From positions 4,361 through 68,360 of the forward strand of contig JAFGSY010000045.1 in NCBI GenBank assembly GCA_016934315.1: a stretch of 64,000 nucleotides of DNA, read 5' to 3'. The notes under the pieces were generated by a model. That model did no database searches, had not been told where the DNA came from, and worked only from the letters and a program-made list of their open reading frames with translations. This document shows positions 19,649 to 28,347 of this stretch, piece after piece. Numbering within the stretch: position 1 is the first letter of the stretch; every line of letters starts with the position of its first letter. This stretch comes from Candidatus Anaeroferrophillus wilburensis. Its GTDB lineage: Bacteria > Desulfobacterota > Anaeroferrophillalia > Anaeroferrophillales > Anaeroferrophillaceae. The position numbers and the translations under genes were made by a program.

Positions 19649-21325
19649 TTAGCGCATCCCGCCCTGATAATGGGTGGTCAACTGTTTTTCCATGGTCTCT
19701 TCACGGGTATAGTTGGGCAGCACCAGCGGTGACACCCGGTTGGTTTCCACCCCGGCAGCCTGCAGTTCGGCATGGAACTGACGCACGTGATCCATGGTCA
19801 AAGTGCTCGACTGATTTTCCAGGCCCTTGACATATTCCGCCGCGCTCCGGCCGGCCCGCCGGCCGAAAACGGTGATATCCAGCAGGGAATTACCCATCAG
19901 CCGGTTTTCTCCATGGACGCCGCCCGAAGCTTCCCCGGCACCGAACAGACCAGGCACTCCGGTTTCAGTCAGGTTATTGATCTGCAGACCGCCATTCTGG
20001 TAGTGCAGGGTGGGATAGACCAGCATGGGCACCTTGCTGATATCGATATCATAGCGCATGAATTGGATATACTTGGCCGGCAGTTCCTGTTTCACTGCCC
20101 CGGGTCCCTCAAGCACCTCGATCATCGGCGAATCAAGCCAGACACCGATCCGGCCGGTGGGGGTGATAATCCCTTTATTCCGATCCAGGCATTCCTGGAT
20201 GATGCAGGCTGATTCCACATCCCGCGGCTCCCGCTCAAAGACAAACTGTTCACCATTGATATTCAGCAGGTTGGCCCCAAGCCCTCGGACCTTTTCCGTA
20301 ATCAGCAGACCGATATTCTGTTCCGGAAAGGCAACACCGGTGGGATGATACTGGGTTGAATGCATGAAGGCCAGCGGCACCCCGGCACGATAGCCGATTA
20401 CCAGCCCGTCAGCGGTGGCACCATAGTGGTTGGTGGTGGCAAACCCCTGGACATGCAGGCGGCCGTAACCGCCGGTGGCAACCACCGTCGCTTTTGCCCT
20501 GATGGCAAAGTATTCCTCGGTCTCCATATTGTAGAACAGTGCCCCGGCGCAGCGGCCCTGGGTATCCTTGAGGATCTCCACCGCCGCCGAGAATTCAAGA
20601 ATGGTAATCATATCCTGCCGGTTGCGAGCTTCATCCCGCAGCACCCGCATGATTTCCGAACCGGTCATATCGCCGGCTGAATGCATTCGTTTACGGCTGG
20701 TACCGCCGCCATGGCGGACCCGCAGACGACCATCGGCATTCTTGTCAAACATCATCCCCAGCCGTTCCAGCCATTCGATAACCAGGGGTGCATCATGGGT
20801 GAGAGCTTCCACCAATTCGGGAGTATTGGTAAAGTGCCCACCACCGATGACATCAAGATAATGGAAATAGGGAGAATCCACTTCCTGGGTCGCCCCCTGG
20901 ATGCCACCTTCAGCCATCACCGTATTGGCATCCCCGTGCCGCAGCTTGGTGGCCAGCACAACCTTGGCTCCATGTTCCGCCGCCAGCAGGGCGGCTGAAG
21001 TCCCGGCACCGCCACCGCCGATTACCAGCACATCGGTTTCATAAGCCACCAGATCCTGCAACGCGGCATCATCCACCAGCAGCCTGCTTTTGGATTCCAG
21101 CAGGTCGACAAACTCATCCGGATAGCTCTCACCTTTGCTGGGCCCCACTTTTACGGCCCGGCGTCCCTCTTTTTTGTAATCGGGATGGAATTTACCCAGA
21201 ACCTCTTCGCGACCGGCCAAGGTCAAGGGAGTAAAGTGCTCCCCCTTCTTGGCCCGTTCAATGCGTTCGGGCCGGCTTTTTTCCACCCGCTTAATCAATT
21301 CCAGCATTTCAGGAGTGTATCCCAT
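19649..21325 (-). CDS. succinate dehydrogenase/fumarate reductase flavoprotein subunit-like protein with about 95-aa N-terminal extension
   Basis: 558 aa. FAD fold DVLVIGGGGAGTSAALLAA. Active-site region HYGATADGLVIGYRAGVPLAFMHSTQYHPTG resembles SdhA/FrdA (His/Arg catalytic residues). No adjacent membrane-anchor genes. Confidence 0.8.
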   Translation of the reverse strand: MGYTPEMLELIKRVEKSRPERIERAKKGEHFTPLTLAGREEVLGKFHPDYKKEGRRAVKVGPSKGESYPDEFVDLLESKSRLLVDDAALQDLVAYETDVLVIGGGGAGTSAALLAAEHGAKVVLATKLRHGDANTVMAEGGIQGATQEVDSPYFHYLDVIGGGHFTNTPELVEALTHDAPLVIEWLERLGMMFDKNADGRLRVRHGGGTSRKRMHSAGDMTGSEIMRVLRDEARNRQDMITILEFSAAVEILKDTQGRCAGALFYNMETEEYFAIRAKATVVATGGYGRLHVQGFATTNHYGATADGLVIGYRAGVPLAFMHSTQYHPTGVAFPEQNIGLLITEKVRGLGANLLNINGEQFVFEREPRDVESACIIQECLDRNKGIITPTGRIGVWLDSPMIEVLEGPGAVKQELPAKYIQFMRYDIDISKVPMLVYPTLHYQNGGLQINNLTETGVPGLFGAGEASGGVHGENRLMGNSLLDITVFGRRAGRSAAEYVKGLENQSSTLTMDHVRQFHAELQAAGVETNRVSPLVLPNYTREETMEKQLTTHYQGGMR

Positions 21326-21389
21326 GCTTTACATCCTCCCTGTTGTATGACTTGAAAAAAAGTCCATCATCATTGGTTTGCAATTCAAC

Positions 21390-22187
21390 CTAAAGTTTTG
21401 TTTTGTCCTGGGGTTCCCAGCCGACACTGTCCTGGGGTTCCATTTCCCGGTCAACATACAGTTTCCGCAAGGTATCATGATCACTGCCCACCAGGTCAAG
21501 AAGCAGGGTATCATACTTATGCTCATTAATCTCCCCTACCCGGTTCTGAAGATGTTCCGCCTGGGGAACTTTATAGCGGGCGTACAGCCGGCGGCACATC
21601 TGTGCCAGGTGAAAGTGCTGGATCTGGGCCGGACAGCGGGACGAACACAAGCCGCACTGAATGCAGTCAAAAGAAAGCCGGGCAACCTTAGCCAGATCAC
21701 CGCGCATGGCAGCATTGACGTATTCCATCACTTCGATATCCATCGGACAGGCCTTGGTGCAGGTGTTGCAGGCCACGCACTTCATCACCTCCGGATAGAG
21801 TTTCATGATTGATTCCGCTGTTGCCGAAGTTTCCTCAATATTGTAGACTGCCCGGTTGGCGGGGAAAAACGGCACCTGGGTCAGGTACATATTCTCCTGA
21901 ACCACGGTTTGACAGGCCAGACCAAAGTGGAGATGATAATCTCCCAGTATCCGGTAGACCGTGCCGCAGGCACCACAGATGCCACCCCGGCAGCCGCAGG
22001 CCCGGATAAACTGATAACCGGCATATTCCGTCGCTTTCTGGATGGTCAGTGTTTCCGGCACCATGTACCGTTTACCCATAATGTAGATGGGCACCAGCCG
22101 GGTACCTTCAGGAAGTATGGCCCGATCACCGGTTGCAATCTTGAATTCTTTTTGTCCCTCACTCATATCCTTGTCCTCCTGCTTCAT
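21390..22187 (-). CDS. succinate dehydrogenase/fumarate reductase iron-sulfur subunit-like protein
   Basis: 265 aa. 2Fe-2S-like CGCRGGICGACG...C. Clusters CVACNTCTKACP and CIQCGLCSSRCP (both CX2CX2CX3CP). 64-bp gap to flavoprotein gene. Confidence 0.75.
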   Translation of the reverse strand: MKQEDKDMSEGQKEFKIATGDRAILPEGTRLVPIYIMGKRYMVPETLTIQKATEYAGYQFIRACGCRGGICGACGTVYRILGDYHLHFGLACQTVVQENMYLTQVPFFPANRAVYNIEETSATAESIMKLYPEVMKCVACNTCTKACPMDIEVMEYVNAAMRGDLAKVARLSFDCIQCGLCSSRCPAQIQHFHLAQMCRRLYARYKVPQAEHLQNRVGEINEHKYDTLLLDLVGSDHDTLRKLYVDREMEPQDSVGWEPQDKTKL

Positions 22188-22217
22188 ACGCTCATCATCG
22201 GGCTGAATTCCCCGGGC

Positions 22218-23363
22218 TTATCTGGCCCCGGACTCATCCTGCAGTTCATCTTCTTTATAGGTGGTTACCGGCGCCGGTTCATCATAGCTGCGGCCGGGGA
22301 GATACTCGATTGCCTGCTGAGCCCGCATACCCACGGTGCGGAACAGCGACATCACCGGGATATCACTGGGACAGGCGGTATCACAAAGGCCACAACCGAT
22401 GCAGGAGGTGACCATGTGGTTAAGGCGGGTAGTATGAAACATCAGGGTATTGGCCGGCATCCGCATGGCCCCCTTACGCTCCGCCCAGCTCAGATATTGA
22501 TCCGGGGTATGCTCAAAGGTAGGGGAACGGAAAACACATTCACGGCAATAGCAGATGGGACAGTTGATCATACAGTTGTGACATCGGATGCAGGTGGAAA
22601 GCAGCTCCTGCATCCCCTTGAGGGAGCCGATACGCTGACCAAACTCACCCAGAACAACATCACGGTTGGCTGTCCGTGCCTTGGCAAGCTGGTCGATACA
22701 TTCCTGACGGGTTGGCGCTTCCTGACCATTGATTGCCAAAATGTCTTTGGCCGCAAAGGCATCAGCCAACTCATCCCGGACTGCCAGACACAGCTGTTTA
22801 GCCGTATCCACCCCCCAAAGACCGATCACCACATCAACAACCTCCGGATTCGGTGCCGGAAACTCGCAGATATCACAGGCACTGCGGAAGGCATAGCCAT
22901 CCAAAGGGGCAAAGCTACCAGCCGCCGCTTTCTGCCGCAGATCAGCAGCCGGATGATGACCTGCCTTGACCATCGCCGAATAGACCTTCGGCTCATAGGT
23001 TCCCAGGCAGTCGACGGCAATAATCATGATTGCCGAACGAATGATCTGCTGAAACTTGACCAGCTCGACGATGGCCCGCACTTCACATGGTTTGACTACC
23101 ACCCCGATCACCTCACCGGGTTCCCGGACCGCCAGGTTAGCGATAATCCTTGCCGACTGGACCGGCATCACCGGCACCGTCACATCGGTATCAGCCAGCA
23201 TGGCCGGATCCTTGATCAGGGCCTGGACATAGTTGTCGCCGCCGGTGTTCTTTTTCGGCACCAACAGGCTGCCCACCAGGCCGCTTGCCAGCAACCGGCT
23301 GAGAAAGCCGCTGATTTCTTCATTGTAATTATCGCTTTTCAGGTCGATAAGCGTCGATTTCAT
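22218..23363 (-). CDS. FrhB/FdhB-like (coenzyme F420 hydrogenase/dehydrogenase beta-subunit family) protein fused to 4Fe-4S dicluster domain
   Basis: Start set at MKSTLIDL (RBS GGAGACAG upstream; the longer ORF would overlap mvhD). FrhB-like region KPCEVRAIVELVK...IAVDCLGTYE. C-terminal CIRCHNCMINCP and CIGCGLCDTACP. Confidence 0.65.
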   Translation of the reverse strand: MKSTLIDLKSDNYNEEISGFLSRLLASGLVGSLLVPKKNTGGDNYVQALIKDPAMLADTDVTVPVMPVQSARIIANLAVREPGEVIGVVVKPCEVRAIVELVKFQQIIRSAIMIIAVDCLGTYEPKVYSAMVKAGHHPAADLRQKAAAGSFAPLDGYAFRSACDICEFPAPNPEVVDVVIGLWGVDTAKQLCLAVRDELADAFAAKDILAINGQEAPTRQECIDQLAKARTANRDVVLGEFGQRIGSLKGMQELLSTCIRCHNCMINCPICYCRECVFRSPTFEHTPDQYLSWAERKGAMRMPANTLMFHTTRLNHMVTSCIGCGLCDTACPSDIPVMSLFRTVGMRAQQAIEYLPGRSYDEPAPVTTYKEDELQDESGAR

Positions 23364-23383
23364 CACGTTCTCTGTCTCCGTAA

Positions 23384-23821
23384 TTAGATATCCCATTCCT
23401 GGGCCAAAGGATTGGCCCCCTGCTCTTCCAGAGCGCCACTGAATTCCCGCACCGTTTCGACAAACAGGCGCCCCTCGCTGGCGCTGATCCACCGTAGCCA
23501 GACCCGGTCGGCATCCATCCCCAGGCAGGCCATGATTTCCCGCAAGAGCGCTATGCGGCGCCGGGCCTTGAAGTTGCCGCTCTGGTAGTGGCAGTCACCC
23601 GGATGACAACCGCCGATCATCACCCCGTCGGCACCTTCCAGGATGGCTTTCAAAACATAGACAACGTCGATGGCTCCCGAACACATCAGGTGAATCACCC
23701 TGATCCCGGATGGATACTGCTGCCGGGTGGTGCCGGCAAGATCGGCACCGGTATAGGTGCACCAGTGGCATAAGAATGCGACAATCCGCGGCTCAAAATT
23801 TTCCGACATAACTTCCCTCAC
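23384..23821 (-). CDS. mvhD: MvhD-like (methyl-viologen-reducing hydrogenase delta subunit family) protein
   Basis: 145 aa with FLCHWCTYTGADLAG ... CSGAIDVVYVLKAILEGADGVMIGGCHPGDCHY, the hallmark Cys pattern of MvhD/FlxD. Confidence 0.8.
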   Translation of the reverse strand: MREVMSENFEPRIVAFLCHWCTYTGADLAGTTRQQYPSGIRVIHLMCSGAIDVVYVLKAILEGADGVMIGGCHPGDCHYQSGNFKARRRIALLREIMACLGMDADRVWLRWISASEGRLFVETVREFSGALEEQGANPLAQEWDI

Positions 23822-23892
23822 TCATGCATATAAAGTATTAACGCTATAGATACAGCTCTTTACAGCGCCCTATTAAGGTTCTTGCTGAGCTA

Positions 23893-26800
23893 TTAAAACA
23901 GTCGATTGACCATCGCCATCACCTGGCCCTTGTCAAACCCGTACTGCTGGGTGGCCCCGTTGGGACAGACGGAAGCACAGCTTCCACAGCCATGACAGAG
24001 ATCATAGTGAACATCGGCAATCCTAGTCTCCTGGTTCAGTTCCCGGGCCCCGTAGGGGCAGGCTTCAACGCAGAGGCCGCAGCCGCTGCACAGGCGGGTG
24101 CTGACGGTCACCGCCGTTTTTTCACTGACCAGCTCGCCCTTGCCCAGCACCGTCGCCGCCCTCGCCGCCGCCGCCCGGGCCCGGATCAGCGTTTCATTGA
24201 TATGCAGCGGAGCGGATGCCAGACCGCAATGGTAGCGTCCTTCACCAACAAAATCAACCAGGGCTGCTTTGGCATTCGCTTCCTGGTAGAAGCCGAAATC
24301 ATCAAGGGGCAGACCCAGCAACCGGGAAAGCTCACCAACTTCATGAGGTTCGACCCCGGTGCTCAAGACCACGTAGTCGGCCGCCAGCGAAAGCTTCTGC
24401 TGGAGAATCTGATCATCATAGGTGACCTGCAGGCTATGACTGCCGATCTCGACAACCGGCTTCTGCTCCACGTCATAGGTGGTAAAGAGCACTCCGGCTT
24501 CACGGGCCCGGCGGTAATCATCCTCATAGAGGCCATAGGCGCGCAGATCACGGTAAAGAACCACAACTTCAAGGGTCGGGTTAAGTTCTTTCAACTTCAG
24601 GGAATTTTTCAGGGCATGGGTGCAGCAGACCCGACTGCAGTATTCCCGTTTTCCCCGCTCACGGGAACCGACACATTGGATCATCACCACCCGTTGAAGA
24701 TTTTTCAGGGCTTCACCATTCGTGGCAACCAGCGATTCCAGTTCAGACTGCGTCAAAACCCGCTCGTCCTGACCCCGGAGATACTCATCGGTTGACGCTT
24801 CCCGGCCACCGGTGGCCATCACCAGCACCCCGTGACGGATCAGATGATCAGTCTGATCGTCATCCAGGCGAAAGATGGTGGTATAGTTGCCGGTCCGCCC
24901 TTCATGATGGCTCACTGTCGCCCGGCAGTATACGTCCAGATTCTCCTGGGCCGCAACTGCCTGACGCAGCTTTTCAACCAGCTGCTTAGGCTCCCCTCCC
25001 CTGAGGGTGTAGTGGGAATCCTTGGCCAACCGGCCGCCCAGCTGTTCCTCTTTCTCCAGCAAGGTTACAGGATAACCGCGGCCGGCCAGGGAAAGGGCGG
25101 CCGTCATGCCGGCAACGCCACCGCCGATCACCAGGGCCCGCTGATCAACCGCAATGGTCTGTACAGCCATCGTCTGCCGACTGCCGAACACCTGGGTAAT
25201 GGCTGCCTGCAGCAACGCTCTGGCCTTCGCGGTCGCCGCCTGACGATTGTTGTCATGAACCAGGGAACACTGTTCCCGCAAATTAGCCAGGGCGAAAAAA
25301 GCGCTGTTGAACCCGGCCAGACGGGCAAATTCGTCGCACTGACGTTCCATCTCCCGCACGGAACAAGCACCCAGCACCATCCGGTTCAATGAATGCTTGC
25401 CGATGGCCTGCTGGACGATGGCAAAGCCACCGGTGATGCAGGCATTGTCGATAATTTCCACATGGGCCACATGGGGCTCGGTCCGCACAGCCGCCGCCAG
25501 TGACTCCAGATCCAGCTGCTCTTCCAGCAGACCGCTGCAGCGGCAGAGAAAAACACCAATCCGCGGCCTTTCCTCCCAAACCGCCCCTTCCCGGGGCATC
25601 TTCGGACACTGCTCAGCGGCCGGTTCCCGGCTTACGGCAGCGGCAATCAGATCGGCGGCACAGGCCGCTTCCATCACTGTTTCAGGAATATCTTTGGGGC
25701 CGGTAAATGCCCCGGCCGCATAGATCCCGGCAACCGATGTTGCGGCTGGAAAAAATTCATCGGGACGGCAGAAACCATAATCATCAAGAGCATCGGCCGG
25801 CAAACCGGTACAATCGAGGATCGGGGCATCAAAACCGAGGGAGAGAACCACCAGGTCAAACTCCTCCTCCCGCCGGCGGCCATGATCATCAGCAATCAGG
25901 CGTAACTTCCGGCTTTGGGGATCCTCCTTGACGGTGGAGATCATCGACCGCTGGTAGCGAATGCCGTAGTGCTCTTCGGCTTCCCAGAGATAGCGCTCGT
26001 ACTCCTTGCCCATGCCGCGGAGATCCATGTAATAGATGGTGACCTCGGTTTCCGGCAGCCGTTTTTTGAGAAACATGGCCTGCTTGGTGGCATACATGCA
26101 GCAGACACTGGAGCAGTAACCACGGCCGCAGGCAATGTCCCGGGAACCGGCACACTGGATAAAAGCCACCCGTTCAGGAGCGGAACCATCGGTCAGCAGC
26201 CGGGGAGCACCACCAGTCGGGCCAGAATAGCTGATCATCCTCTCCATCTGACGGCTGGTAATGACATTGGCATAGCGACCGAAGCCGAACTCCCCCTTCA
26301 ACGTGCCCTCAACCAGGGAAAAACCCGGGGTCAGCAGGATCGCCGCCACCTGTTCATCACGCTGTCCGGTTGGCATATCCAGGTCGATCGCCTTGGTGGG
26401 GCAGATGTCGACACAGGCGCCGCAGCGGTTGCAGGCGGCGGCATCAATACGGTAGCCCGCCTTCACCATTTTTGGATACTGTTTATAAATTGCCTTGCGC
26501 TCCTCCAGCCCGCCGCTGAATTCATCGGCAACGGCAACCGGACAGACGTCACTGCATTTGCCGCAGTCGATGCACTTGTCCTGATCGACACCATGGGGAT
26601 CGACAGCCAGGGTGACGATAAAATCGCCCTGCTCGCCGGCAATGGCCAGCGGCCTGGCATTAACCTGGATTTCAAGATTCTGGTGCAGGCGGCACTCAAC
26701 AAAGGGACAATAAGCCGGCTGGCGAGGCGATAAAAAGCAGACGCCGCAGGAGTTCGTCGGAAAGGTGTTGTCCAGCAGAGGGAAAAATCCGCCGATGGCC

Positions 26801-26937
26801 GCCTCTTTTTCCACCAGGCAGACGGCGTGACCTTGCTCCGCCAACAACAGAGATGCTGTCATGCCGGCAAAACCACCGCCGACCACCATAATTTTTTTCT
26901 TGTCCGCAGAGTTACTCATCACGCCTGTTACACCCAT
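23893..26937 (-). CDS. giant HdrA-like flavoprotein: tandem fusion of two HdrA modules (1014 aa)
   Basis: Two FAD folds (MVVGGGFAGMTASLL; LVIGGGVAGMTAALSL). Two HdrA Cys clusters (CAGSRDIACGRGYCSSVCCMY; CVGSRERGKREYCSRVCCTH). Three or more ferredoxin CX2CX2CX3CP motifs. Real start may be the internal MSNSADKKK. Confidence 0.8.
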   Translation of the reverse strand: MGVTGVMSNSADKKKIMVVGGGFAGMTASLLLAEQGHAVCLVEKEAAIGGFFPLLDNTFPTNSCGVCFLSPRQPAYCPFVECRLHQNLEIQVNARPLAIAGEQGDFIVTLAVDPHGVDQDKCIDCGKCSDVCPVAVADEFSGGLEERKAIYKQYPKMVKAGYRIDAAACNRCGACVDICPTKAIDLDMPTGQRDEQVAAILLTPGFSLVEGTLKGEFGFGRYANVITSRQMERMISYSGPTGGAPRLLTDGSAPERVAFIQCAGSRDIACGRGYCSSVCCMYATKQAMFLKKRLPETEVTIYYMDLRGMGKEYERYLWEAEEHYGIRYQRSMISTVKEDPQSRKLRLIADDHGRRREEEFDLVVLSLGFDAPILDCTGLPADALDDYGFCRPDEFFPAATSVAGIYAAGAFTGPKDIPETVMEAACAADLIAAAVSREPAAEQCPKMPREGAVWEERPRIGVFLCRCSGLLEEQLDLESLAAAVRTEPHVAHVEIIDNACITGGFAIVQQAIGKHSLNRMVLGACSVREMERQCDEFARLAGFNSAFFALANLREQCSLVHDNNRQAATAKARALLQAAITQVFGSRQTMAVQTIAVDQRALVIGGGVAGMTAALSLAGRGYPVTLLEKEEQLGGRLAKDSHYTLRGGEPKQLVEKLRQAVAAQENLDVYCRATVSHHEGRTGNYTTIFRLDDDQTDHLIRHGVLVMATGGREASTDEYLRGQDERVLTQSELESLVATNGEALKNLQRVVMIQCVGSRERGKREYCSRVCCTHALKNSLKLKELNPTLEVVVLYRDLRAYGLYEDDYRRAREAGVLFTTYDVEQKPVVEIGSHSLQVTYDDQILQQKLSLAADYVVLSTGVEPHEVGELSRLLGLPLDDFGFYQEANAKAALVDFVGEGRYHCGLASAPLHINETLIRARAAAARAATVLGKGELVSEKTAVTVSTRLCSGCGLCVEACPYGARELNQETRIADVHYDLCHGCGSCASVCPNGATQQYGFDKGQVMAMVNRLF

Positions 26938-26965
26938 AACTATACTCGATTACAGCTGCTGTGGT

Positions 26966-27787
26966 TTAAAACAGCCCCGAGGGATCATTGAAATGCTTCT
27001 TCCACCAGCGGGGACGATTGCCGATCTGGAACGCCTCAGCCATCATTTCAGTAAAATAGAGGATCGGCAACCGCTGCTGACGGATATCGACATTGGCCTG
27101 GCACAAAGCACAGGAGGTCACCATGCAATCCACCCCGGCAGCAACGGCATAATCAGTAATCCTGTTGACCAGTTTGGCCGCCTTATCGGGATGGGTCAAC
27201 CCCAGGTCACTGCCGCAGCAATCCACCTTGCAGGACCAGTCAACCACCTCCGCCCCCAGATCCGCCATCAAACGGTCAAGTCGCTGGGGGTTTTCCACAT
27301 CATCGGAACCGGTCACCTCCTGGGGACGGATAATGGCACAACCGTAGTAGCAGACCACTTTCAGACCGCTCAGGGGCTTTTTCACCAGCCCCTTGATCTG
27401 CTCCCGCCGCTGGTCATCGGCAAGGAGGTCGACGATGGACAGCATGCTGATCGTCCCGGAATAGGTAAAACCCAGCAGAGCTTCCAGCTCTTTTTTCTTT
27501 TCCGGATCGGTTTGCAGCACCCGCTGGGCCCGTGCCAGGTTATTGAAACAACCGGCACAGGGAATCACCAGATCTGCACCCTGCTTTTCAGCCTCGGCTA
27601 TATTAAAGGCCGACAGGCCAAGAGCCAGGGACTGGGAGAGATTATGGGCAGAGGCAGCCCCGCAGCAGGACCAATCGGGCAACTCTGCCAGCTCGATGCC
27701 CATTGCCGCCATCACCGCATGGCTGGCTTCGATATACTCAACCGCAGTGGAGTGATTGGTACAGCCTGGATAGTAGGAATATTTCAT
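26966..27787 (-). CDS. hdrB: heterodisulfide reductase subunit B-like protein (two CCG domains)
   Basis: MKYSYYPGCT...PDWSCCGA...VVCYYGCAIIRP...DWSCKVDCCGS... CCG-domain Cys patterns. Confidence 0.8.
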   Translation of the reverse strand: MKYSYYPGCTNHSTAVEYIEASHAVMAAMGIELAELPDWSCCGAASAHNLSQSLALGLSAFNIAEAEKQGADLVIPCAGCFNNLARAQRVLQTDPEKKKELEALLGFTYSGTISMLSIVDLLADDQRREQIKGLVKKPLSGLKVVCYYGCAIIRPQEVTGSDDVENPQRLDRLMADLGAEVVDWSCKVDCCGSDLGLTHPDKAAKLVNRITDYAVAAGVDCMVTSCALCQANVDIRQQRLPILYFTEMMAEAFQIGNRPRWWKKHFNDPSGLF

Positions 27788-27816
27788 AATATATCAGAAT
27801 ATCAAAGTGTTAATAA

Positions 27817-28347
27817 CTATTTTACACCTGACTTATCAAATATTTCTTTTATCTTCTTAATATTCTTTGATTTTTTTGGAAGAATGGGAATTTTTCCCTT
27901 AAGGAAGAGCTTTAGGCCCACATCGACATCGGTAGTAAAATTCCTGGTTTTCATTTTATACTGCATGAGCATGGTGGCTTCATGAATGCGGCCGAAAGTC
28001 CGGATGCTGCCGGTGAAAGCCCGGTGAAAATCCACCGTCACCTGATCCGCAGGCGCAATCCCCTCTTGCAGACACATCTCCCGCAGGACATCCATTACCG
28101 GTGCCGTTTTGATACCGTTTGGGCAGCGGGTGCCGCAGGTTTCACAGGAAACACACATCCAGATTGCTTTGCTGCGCAGCAGCTCATCCTTCATCCCCAA
28201 TTGAATCATCCGCATCACCATGTTGGGCGGATAATCAAAGTCATCCACCGTCGGACAGCCAAGGGTGCATTTGCGGCACTGGTAGCAGAGATTGACGGGT
28301 TGGCCGCTTCGGGCCACTACCTGCTCGAGAAAGGTTTGCTCAGCCAT
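27817..28347 (-). CDS. hdrC: heterodisulfide reductase subunit C-like protein
   Basis: 176 aa. CYQCRKCTLGCP and CVSCETCGTRCP ferredoxin motifs in HdrC arrangement. Confidence 0.8.
   Translation of the reverse strand: MAEQTFLEQVVARSGQPVNLCYQCRKCTLGCPTVDDFDYPPNMVMRMIQLGMKDELLRSKAIWMCVSCETCGTRCPNGIKTAPVMDVLREMCLQEGIAPADQVTVDFHRAFTGSIRTFGRIHEATMLMQYKMKTRNFTTDVDVGLKLFLKGKIPILPKKSKNIKKIKEIFDKSGVK

Noticed and set aside
22218-23492. Longer 424-aa form of the FrhB-like ORF starting at 23492
   Set aside because: The first 43 codons overlap mvhD and translate to GC-rich nonsense. An internal Met with an RBS 18 bp after the mvhD stop gives a sensible start.
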